From contig CAXHJY010001441.1 in assembly GCA_964016885.1 (NCBI GenBank), positions 186,001 through 250,000 on the forward strand: a DNA stretch of 64,000 bases, written 5' to 3'. This DNA is from Eledone cirrhosa (taxonomy: Eukaryota). Under the pieces are notes generated by a model. That model did not search any database and was not told where the DNA came from. It was given only the letters and a program-made list of their open reading frames with translations. The position numbers and the translations under genes are program-made. The number at the start of each line of letters is the position of its first letter. The stretch's first letter is position 1. Below, one piece after another: positions 53,201 to 64,000 of this stretch.

Positions 53201-56200
53201 ATCCTTTAAAACCTCCATGGAACAAACTAACTGCATCAGTTGTTAGCAGTCGAAACACTGCATCCTTTAAAACCTCCATGGAACAAACTACCTGCATCAG
53301 TTGTTAGCTGTCGAGACACTGGATCCTTTAAAACCTCCATGGAACAAACTACCTGCATCAGTTGTTAGCTGTCAAGACACTGCATCCTTTAAAACCTCCA
53401 TGGAACAAACTACCTGCATCATTTGTTAGCTGTCGAGACACTGCATCCTTTAAAACCTCCATGGAACAAACTACCTGCATCTGTTGTTAGCTGTCGAGAC
53501 ACTGCATCCTTTAAAACCTCAATGAAACAAACTACCTGCATCAGTTGTTAGCTGTCGAGACACTGCATCCTTTAAAACCTCCATGGGACAAACAACCTGC
53601 ATCAGTTGTTAGCTGTATAGACACTGCATCCTTTAAAAACTCCATGGAACAAGCTACCTGCATCAGTTGTTAGCTGTCGAGTCACAGCATCCTTTAAAAC
53701 CTCCATGGAACAAACTACCTGCATCAGTTGTTAGCTGTCGAGTCACTGCATCCTTTAAAACCTACATGGAACAAACTACCTGCATCAGTTGTTAGCTGTC
53801 GAAACACTGGATCCTTTAAAACCTCCATGGAACAAACTACCTGCATCAGTTGTTAGCTGTCGAGACACTGCATTCGTTTAAACCTCCATGAAACAAACTA
53901 CCTGCATTAGTTGTTAGCTGTCGAAACACTGCATCCTTTAAAACATCCATGGAACAAACTACCTGCATCAGTTGTTAGCTGTCGAGACACTGCATCCTTT
54001 AAAACCTCCATGGAACAAACTAGCTGCATCAGTTGTTAGCTGTCGAAACACTGCATCCTTTAAAACCTCCATGGAACAAACTACCTGCATTAGTTGTTAG
54101 CTGTCGAAACACTGGATCCTTTAAAACCTCCATGGAACAAACTACCTGCATCAGTTGTTAGCTGTCGAAACACTGCATCCTTTAAAACCTCCATGGAACA
54201 AACTACCTGCATTAGTTGTTAGCTGTCGAAACACTGGATCCTTTAAAACCTCCATGGAACAAACTACCTGCATTAGTTGTTAGCTGTCGAGACACTGCAT
54301 CCTTTAAAACCTCTATGGAACAAACTACCTGCATCAGTTGTTAGCTGTCGAGACACTGCATCCTTTAAAACCTCCATGGAACAAACTACCTGCATCAGTT
54401 GTTAGCTGTCGAGACACTGCATCCTTTAAAACCTCCATGGGACAAACTACCTGCATCAGTTGTTAGCTGTTGAAACACTGCATCCATTAAAACCTCCATG
54501 GAACAAACTACCTGCATCAGTTGTTAGCTGTATAGACACTGCATCCTTTAAAAACTCCATGGAACAAACTACCTGCATCAGTTGTTAGCTGTCGAGACAC
54601 TGCATTCTTTCAAACCTCCATGGAACAAACTACCTGCATCAGTTGTTAGCTGTCGAAACACTGCATCCATTAAAACCTCCATGAAACAAACTACCTGCAC
54701 CAGTTGTTAGCTGTCGAGACACTGCATCCTTTAAAACCTCCATGGAACAAACTACCTGCATCAGTTGTTAGCTGTCGAGACACTGCATCCTTTAAAACCT
54801 CAATGGAACAAACAACCTGCATCAGTTGTTAGCTGTCGAGACACTGTATCCTTTAAAACCTCAATGGAACAAACTACCTGCATCAGTTGTTAGCTGTCGA
54901 GACACTGTATCCTTTAAAACCTCCATGGAACAAACTACCTGCATCAGTTGTTAGCTGTCGAGACACTGCATCCTTTAAAACCTCCATGGAACAAACTACC
55001 TGCATCAGTTGTTAGCTGTCGAAACACTGCATCCTTTAAAACCTCCATGGAACAAACTACCAGCATCAGTTGTTAGCTCTATAGACACTGCATCCTTTAA
55101 AACCTCCATGGAACAAACTACCTGCATCACTTGTTAGCTGTCGAGAGACTGCATCCTATAAAACCTCCATGGGACAAACTACCTGCATCAGTTGTTAGCT
55201 GTATAGACACTGCATCCTTTAAAAACTCCATGGAACAAGCTACCTGCATCAGTTGTTAGCTGTCGAGTCACTGCATCCTTTAAAACCTCCATGGAACAAA
55301 CTACCTGCATCAGTTGTTAGCTGTCGAGTCACTGCATCCTTTAAAACCTCCATGGAACAAACTACCTGCATCAGTTGTTAGCTGTCGAAACACTGGATCC
55401 TTTAAAACCTCCATGGAACAAACTACCTGCATCAGTTGTTAGCTGTCGAGACACTGGATCCTTTAAAACCTCCATGGAACAAACTACCTGCATCAGTTGT
55501 TAGCTGTCGAGACACTGCATCCTTTAAAACCTCCATGGAACAAACTACCTGCATCACTTGTTAGCTGTCGAGACACTGCATCCTTTAAAACCTCCATGGA
55601 ACAAACTACCTGCATCAGTTGTTAGCTGTCGAGACACTGCATTCTTTAAAACCTCCATGAAACAAACTACCTGCATCAGTTGTTAGCTGTCGAAACACTG
55701 CATCCTTTAAAACATCCATGGAACAAACTACCTGCATCAGTTGTTAGCTGTCGAGACACTGCATCCTTTAAAACCTCCATGGAACAAACTACCTGCATCA
55801 CTTGTTAGCTGTCGAGACACTGCATCCTTTAAAACCTCAATGGAACAAACTACCTGCATCAGTTGTTAGCTGTCGAGACACTGCATTCGTTTAAACCTCC
55901 ATGAAACAAACTACCTGCATTAGTTGTTAGCTGTCGAAACACTGCATCCTTTAAAACATCCATGGAACAAACTACCTGCATCAGTTGTTAGCTGTCGAGA
56001 CACTGCATCCTTTAAAACCTCCATGGAACAAACTAGCTGCATCAGTTGTTAGCTGTCGAAACATTGCATCCTTTAAAACCTCTATGGAACAAACTACCTC
56101 CATCAGTTGTTAGCTGTCGAGACACTGCATCCTTTAAAACCTCCGTGGAACAAACTACCTGCATCAGTTGTTAGCTGTTGAGACACTGCATCCTTTAAAA

Positions 56201-59200
56201 CCTCCATGGAACAAACTACCTGCATCAGTTGTTAGCTGTCGAGTCATTGCATCCTTTAAAACCTCCATGGAACAAACTAACTGCATCAGTTGTTAGCTGT
56301 CGAAACACTGGATCCTTTAAAACCTCCATGGAACAAACTACCTGCATCAGTTGTTAGCTGTATAGACACTGCATCCTTTAAAAACTCCATGGAACAAGCT
56401 ACCTGCATCAGTTGTTAGCTGTCGAAACACTGCATCCTTTAAAACCTCCATGGAACAAACTACCTGCATCAGTTGTTAGCTGTCGAGTCACTGCATCCTT
56501 TAAAACTTCCATGGAACAAACTACCTGCATCAGTTGTTAGCTGTCGAGACACTGGATCCTTTAAAACCTCCATGGAACAAACTACCTGCATCAGTTGTTA
56601 GCTGTCGAAACACTGGATCCTTTAAAACCTCCATGGAACACACTACCTGTGTCAGTTGTTAGCTGTCGAGACACTGCATCCTTTAAAACCTCCATGGAAC
56701 AAACTACCTGCATCAGTTGTTAGCTGTCGAAACACTGCATCCTTTAAAACCTCCATGGAACAAACTACCTGCATCAGTTGTTAGCTGTCGAGACACTGCA
56801 TCTTTTAAAACCTCCATGGAACAAACTACCTGCATCAGTTGTTAGCTGTCGAGACACTGCATCCTTTAAAACCTCCATGGAACAAACTACCTGCATCACT
56901 TGTTAGCTGTCGAGACACTGCATCCTTTAAAACCTCCATGGAACAAACTACCTGCATCAGTTGTTAGCTGTCGAGTCACTGCATCCTTTAAAACCTCCAT
57001 GGAACAAACTACCTGCATCAGTTGTTAGCTGTCGAAACACTGGATCCTTTAAAACCTCCATGGAACAAACTACCTGCATCAGTTGTTAGCTGTCGAGACA
57101 CTGGATCCTTTAAAACCTCCATGGAACAAACTACCTGCATCAGTTGTTAGCTGTCGAGACACTGCATCCTTTAAAACCTCCATGGAACAAACTACCTGCA
57201 TCACTTGTTAGCTGTCGAGACACTGCATCCTTTAAAACCTCCATGGAACAAACTACCTGCATCAGTTGTTAGCTGTCGAGACACTGCATTCTTTAAAACC
57301 TCCATGAAACAAACTACCTGCATCAGTTGTTAGCTGTCGAAACACTGCATCCTTTAAAACATCCATGGAACAAACTACCTGCATCAGTTGTTAGCTGTCG
57401 AGACACTGCATCCTTTAAAACCTCCATGGAACAAACTACCTGCATCACTTGTTAGCTGTCGAGACACTGCATCCTTTAAAACCTCAATGGAACAAACTAC
57501 CTGCATCAGTTGTTAGCTGTCGAGACACTGCATTCGTTTAAACCTCCATGAAACAAACTACCTGCATTAGTTGTTAGCTGTCGAAACACTGCATCCTTTA
57601 AAACATCCATGGAACAAACTACCTGCATCAGTTGTTAGCTGTCGAGACACTGCATCCTTTAAAACCTCCATGGAACAAACTAGCTGCATCAGTTGTTAGC
57701 TGTCGAAACATTGCATCCTTTAAAACCTCTATGGAACAAATTACCTCCATCAGTTGTTAGCTGTCGAGACACTGCATCCTTTAAAACCTCCGTGGAACAA
57801 ACTACCTGCATCAGTTGTTAGCTGTTGAGACACTGCATCCTTTAAAACCTCCATGGAACAAACTACCTGCATCAGTTGTTAGCTGTCGAGTCATTGCATC
57901 CTTTAAAACCTCCATGGAACAAACTAACTGCATCAGTTGTTAGCTGTCGAAACACTGGATCCTTTAAAACCTCCATGGAACAAACTACCTGCATCAGTTG
58001 TTAGCTGTATAGACACTGCATCCTTTAAAAACTCCATGGAACAAGCTACCTGCATCAGTTGTTAGCTGTCGAAACACTGCATCCTTTAAAACCTCCATGG
58101 AACAAACTACCTGCATCAGTTGTTAGCTGTCGAGTCACTGCATCCTTTAAAACTTCCATGGAACAAACTACCTGCATCAGTTGTTAGCTGTCGAGACACT
58201 GGATCCTTTAAAACCTCCATGGAACAAACTACCTGCATCAGTTGTTAGCTGTCGAAACACTGGATCCTTTAAAACCTCCATGGAACACACTACCTGTGTC
58301 AGTTGTTAGCTGTCGAGACACTGCATCCTTTAAAACCTCCATGGAACAAACTACCTGCATCAGTTGTTAGCTGTCGAAACACTGCATCCTTTAAAACCTC
58401 CATGGAACAAACTACCTGCATCAGTTGTTAGCTGTCGAGACACTGCATCTTTTAAAACCTCCATGGAACAAACTACCTGCATCAGTTGTTAGCTGTCGAG
58501 ACACTGCATCCTTTAAAACCTCCATGGAACAAACTACCTGCATCACTTGTTAGCTGTCGAGACACTGCATCCTTTAAAACCTCCATGGAACAAACTACCT
58601 GCATCAGTTGTTAGCTGTATAGACACTGCATCCTTTAAAAACTCCATGGAACAAACTACCAGCATCAGTTGTTAGCTCTATAGACACTGCATCCTTTAAC
58701 AACTCCATGGAACAAGCTACCTGCATCAGTTGTTAGATGTCGAGTCACTGCATCCTTTAAAACCTCCATGGAACAAACTACCTGCGTCAGTTGTTAGCTG
58801 TCAAGACACTGCATCCTTTAAAACCTCCATGGAACAAACTACCTGCATCACTTGTTAGCTGTCGAGACACTGCATCCTTTAAAACCTCCATGGAACAAAC
58901 TACCTGCATCAGTTGTTAGCTGTCGAGACACTGCTTTCTTTCAAACCTCCATGAAACAAACTACCTACATCAGTTGTTAGCTGTCAAAACACTGCATCCT
59001 TTAAAACCTCCATGGAACAAACTACCTGAATCAGTTGTTAGCTGTCGAGACACTGGATCCTTTAAAACCTCCATGGAACAAACTACCTGCATCAGTTGTT
59101 AGCTGTCGAGACACTGCTTTCTTTCAAACCTCCATGAAACAAACTACCTGCATCAGTTGTTAGCTGTCGAAACATTGCATCCTTTAAAACCTCCATGGAA

Positions 59201-62200
59201 CAAACTACCTGCATCAGTTGTTAGCTGTCGAGACACTGGATCCTTTAAAACCTCCATGGAACAAACTACCTGCATCAGTTGTTAGCTGTCGAGACACTGC
59301 ATCCTTTAAAAACTCCATGGAACAAACTACCAGCATCAGTTGTTAGCTCTATAGACACTGCATCCTTTAAAAACTCCATGGAACAAGCTACCTGCATCAG
59401 TTGTTAGCTGTCGAGACACTGCATTCTTTAAAACCTCCATGGAACAAACTACCTGCATCAGTTGTTAGCTGTCGAGACACTGGATCCTTTAAAACCTCCA
59501 TGGAACAAACTACCTGCATCAGTTGTTAACTGTCGAGACACTGCATCCTTTAAAACCTCCATGGAACAAACTACCTGCATCACTTGTTAGCTGTCGAGAC
59601 ACTGCATCCTTTAAAACCTCCATGGAACAAACTACCTGCATCAGTTGTTAGCTGTCGAGACACTGCATTCTTTCAAACCTCCATGAAACAAACTACCTGC
59701 ATCAGTTGTTAGCTGTCGAGACACTGCATTCTTTCAAACCTCCATGAAACAAACTACCTGCATCAGTTGTTAGCTGTCGAAACACTGCATCCTTTAAAAC
59801 CTCAGTGGAACAAACTACCTGCATCAGTTGTTAGCTGTCGAGACACTGCATTCGTTTAAACCTCCATGAAACAAACTACCTGCATCAGTTGTTAGCTGTC
59901 GAAACACTGCATCCTTTAAAACATCCATGGAACAAACTACCTGCATCAGTTGTTAGCTGTTGAGACACTACATCCTTTAAAACCTCCATGGAACAAACTA
60001 GCTGCATCAGTTGTTAGCTGTCGATACACTGCATCCTTTAAAACCTCCATGGAACAAACTACCTGCATCAGTTGTTAGCTGTCGAGACACTGCATCCTTT
60101 AAAACCTCCATGGAACAAACTACCTGCATCACTTGTTAGCTGTCGAGACACTGCATCCTTTAAAACCTCCATGGAACAAACTACCTGCATCAGTTGTTAG
60201 CTGTCGAGACACTGCATTCTTTCAAACCTCTATGAAACAAACTACCTGCATCAGTTGTTAGCTGTCGAGACACTGCATTCTTTCAAACCTCCATGAAACA
60301 AACTACCTGCATCAGTTGTTAGCTGTCGAGACACTGCATCCTTTAAAACCTCAGTGGAACAAACTACCTGCATCAGTTGTTAGCTGTCGAGACACTGCAT
60401 TCGTTTAAACCTCCATGAAACAAACTACCTGCATCAGTTGTTAGCTGTCGAAACACTGCATCCTTTAAAACATCCATGGAACAAACTACCTGCATCATTT
60501 GTTAGCTGTCGAGACACTGCATCCTTTAAAACATCCATGGAACAAACTACCTGCATCAGTTGTTAGCTGTCGAGACACTACATCCTTTAAAACCTCCATG
60601 GAACAAACTAGCTGCATCAGTTGTTAGCTGTCGATACACTGCATCCTTTAAAACCTCCATGGAACAAACTACCTGCATCAGTTGTTAGCTGTCGAGACAC
60701 TACATCCTTTAAAACCTCCATGGAACAAACTACCTGCATCAGTTGTTAGCTGTCGAAACACTGCATCCTTTAAAACATCCATGGAACAAACTACCTGCAT
60801 CAGTTGTTAGCTGTCGAGACACTACATCCTTTAAAACCTCCATGGAACAAACTACCTGCATCAGTTGTTAGCTGTCGAGACACTGCATCCTTTAAAACCT
60901 CCATGGAACAAACTACCTGCATCACTTGTTAGCTGTCGAGACACTGCATCCTTTAAAACCTCCATGGAACAAACTACCTGCATCAGTTGTTAGCTGTCGA
61001 GACACTGCATTCTTTAAAACCTCCATGAAACAAACTACCTGCATCAGTTGTTAGCTGTCGAAACACTGCATCCTTTAAAACATCCATGGAACAAACTACC
61101 TGCATCAGTTGTTAGCTGTCGAGACACTGCATCCTTTAAAACCTCCATGGAACAAACTACCTGCATCACTTGTTAGCTGTCGAGACACTGCATCCTTTAA
61201 AACCTCAATGGAACAAACTACCTGCATCAGTTGTTAGCTGTCGAGACACTGCATTCGTTTAAACCTCCATGAAACAAACTACCTGCATTAGTTGTTGGCT
61301 GTCGAAACACTGCATCCTTTAAAACATCCATGGAACAAACTACCTGCATCAGTTGTTAGCTGTCGAGACACTGCATCCTTTAAAACCTCCATGGAACAAA
61401 CTAGCTGCATCAGTTGTTAGCTGTCGAAACATTGCATCCTTTAAAACCTCTATGGAACAAACTACCTCCATCAGTTGTTAGCTGTCGAGACACTGCATCC
61501 TTTAAAACCTCCGTGGAACAAACTACCTGCATCAGTTGTTAGCTGTTGAGACACTGCATCCTTTAAAACCTCCATGGAACAAACTACCTGCATCAGTTGT
61601 TAGCTGTCGAGTCATTGCATCCTTTAAAACCTCCATGGAACAAACTAACTGCATCAGTTGTTAGCTGTCGAAACACTGGATCCTTTAAAACCTCCATGGA
61701 CCAAACTACCTGCATCAGTTGTTAGCTGTATAGACACTGCATCCTTTAAAAACTCCATGGAACAAGCTACCTGCATCAGTTGTTAGCTGTCGAAACACTG
61801 CATCCTTTAAAACCTCCATGGAACAAACTACCTGCATCAGTTGTTAGCTGTCGAGTCACTGCATCCTTTAAAACTTCCATGGAACAAACTACCTGCATCA
61901 GTTGTTAGCTGTCGAGACACTGGATCCTTTAAAACCTCCATGGAACAAACTACCTGCATCAGTTGTTAGCTGTCGAAACACTGGATCCTTTAAAACCTCC
62001 ATGGAACACACTACCTGCATCAGTTGTTAGATGTCGAGTCACTGCATCCTTTAAAACCTCCATGGAACAAACTACCTGCGTCAGTTGTTAGCTGTCAAGA
62101 CACTGCATCCTTTAAAACCTCCATGGAACAAACTACCTGCATCACTTGTTAGCTGTCGAGACACTGCATCCTTTAAAACCTCCATGGAACAAACTACCTG

Positions 62201-64000
62201 CATCAGTTGTTAGCTGTCGAGACACTGCTTTCTTTCAAACCTCCATGAAACAAACTACCTACATCAGTTGTTAGCTGTCAAAACACTGCATCCTTTAAAA
62301 CCTCCATGGAACAAACTACCTGAATCAGTTGTTAGCTGTAGAGACACTGGATCCTTTAAAACCTCCATGGAACAAACTACCTGCATCAGTTGTTAGCTGT
62401 CGAGACACTGCTTTCTTTCAAACCTCCATGAAACAAACTACCTGCATCAGTTGTTAGCTGTCGAAACATTGCATCCTTTAAAACCTCCATGGAACAAACT
62501 ACCTGCATCAGTTGTTAGCTGTCGAGACACTGGATCCTTTAAAACCTCCATGGAACAAACTACCTGCATCAGTTGTTAGCTGTCGAGACACTGCATCCTT
62601 TAAAAACTCCATGGAACAAACTACCAGCATCAGTTGTTAGCTCTATAGACACTGCATCCTTTAAAAACTCCATGGAACAAGCTACCTGCATCAGTTGTTA
62701 GCTGTCGAGACACTGCATTCTTTAAAACCTCCATGGAACAAACTACCTGCATCAGTTGTTAGCTGTCGAGACACTGGATCCTTTAAAACCTCCATGGAAC
62801 AAACTACCTGCATCAGTTGTTAACTGTCGAGACACTGCATCCTTTAAAACCTCCATGGAACAAACTACCTGCATCACTTGTTAGCTGTCGAGACACTGCA
62901 TCCTTTAAAACCTCCATGGAACAAACTACCTGCATCAGTTGTTAGCTGTCGAGACACTGCATTCTTTCAAACCTCCATGAAACAAACTACCTGCATCAGT
63001 TGTTAGCTGTCGAGACACTGCATTCTTTCAAACCTCCATGAAACAAACTACCTGCATCAGTTGTTAGCTGTCGAAACACTGCATCCTTTAAAACCTCAGT
63101 GGAACAAACTACCTGCATCAGTTGTTAGCTGTCGAGACACTGCATTCGTTTAAACCTCCATGAAACAAACTACCTGCATCAGTTGTTAGCTGTCGAAACA
63201 CTGCATCCTTTAAAACATCCATGGAACAAACTACCTGCATCAGTTGTTAGCTGTCGAGACACTACATCCTTTAAAACCTCCATGGAACAAACTAGCTGCA
63301 TCAGTTGTTAGCTGTCGATACACTGCATCCTTTAAAACCTCCATGGAACAAACTACCTGCATCAGTTGTTAGCTGTCGAGACACTGCATCCTTTAAAACC
63401 TCCATGGAACAAACTACCTGCATCACTTGTTAGCTGTCGAGACACTGCATCCTTTAAAACCTCCATGGAACAAACTACCTGCATCAGTTGTTAGCTGTCG
63501 AGACACTGCATTCTTTCAAACCTCCATGAAAGAAACTACCTGCATCAGTTGTTAGCTGTCGAGACACTGCATTCTTTCAAACCTCCATGAAACAAACTAC
63601 CTGCATCAGTTGTTAGCTGTCGAGACACTGCATCCTTTAAAACCTCAGTGGAACAAACTACCTGCATCAGTTGTTAGCTGTCGAGACACTGCATTCGTTT
63701 AAACCTCCATGAAACAAACTACCTGCATCAGTTGTTAGCTGTCGAAACACTGCATCCTTTAAAACATCCATGGAACAAACTACCTGCATCATTTGTTAGC
63801 TGTCGAGACACTGCATCCTTTAAAACATCCATGGAACAAACTACCTGCATCAGTTGTTAGCTGTCGAGACACTACATCCTTTAAAACCTCCATGGAACAA
63901 ACTAGCTGCATCAGTTGTTAGCTGTCGATACACTGCATCCTTTAAAACCTCCATGGAACAAACTACCTGCATCAGTTGTTAGCTGTCGAGACACTACATC
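17153..64000 (+). repeat. 61-bp tandem satellite, about 768 monomers, consensus CATGGAACAAACTACCTGCATCAGTTGTTAGCTGTCGAGACACTGCATCCTTTAAAACCTC
   Basis: The register shifts 1 nt per 60-nt line, giving a period of 61. The array is uninterrupted and in one orientation. Monomers typically differ from consensus at 0-4 positions, with occasional 62-bp units (gaaaacaaa). It continues past the window end. Confidence 0.99.

Noticed and set aside
17153-64000. CRISPR array
   Set aside because: The whole 61-bp unit repeats with no unique spacers, there are no cas genes, and the context is eukaryotic.

Overview
Eukaryotic, AT-rich, microsatellite-dense non-coding DNA. It is most likely cephalopod (Octopus-like), inferred from the SINE family. 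No intact protein-coding gene is supported. Bases 1-17060 are a mosaic of decayed retroelements (two L1/Tx1-type LINE fragments, an RTE 3' end, more than 12 copies of one tRNA-derived SINE), foldback/palindromic elements and simple repeats. This part also has a dense set of about 12 hammerhead-ribozyme-like motifs sitting in Penelope-like terminal repeats between (TA)n tracts. Bases 17153-64000 are one uninterrupted 61-bp tandem satellite (about 768 monomers, running off the window). Its monomer is the last ~20 codons of a CR1-type LINE ORF2, and the parent LINE fragment is still attached in frame at the array edge (17062-17152). The array has two variant domains (boundary near 33.3 kb) and nested higher-order duplications of 2, 5, 19, 27, 30, 54, 67 and 72 monomers.
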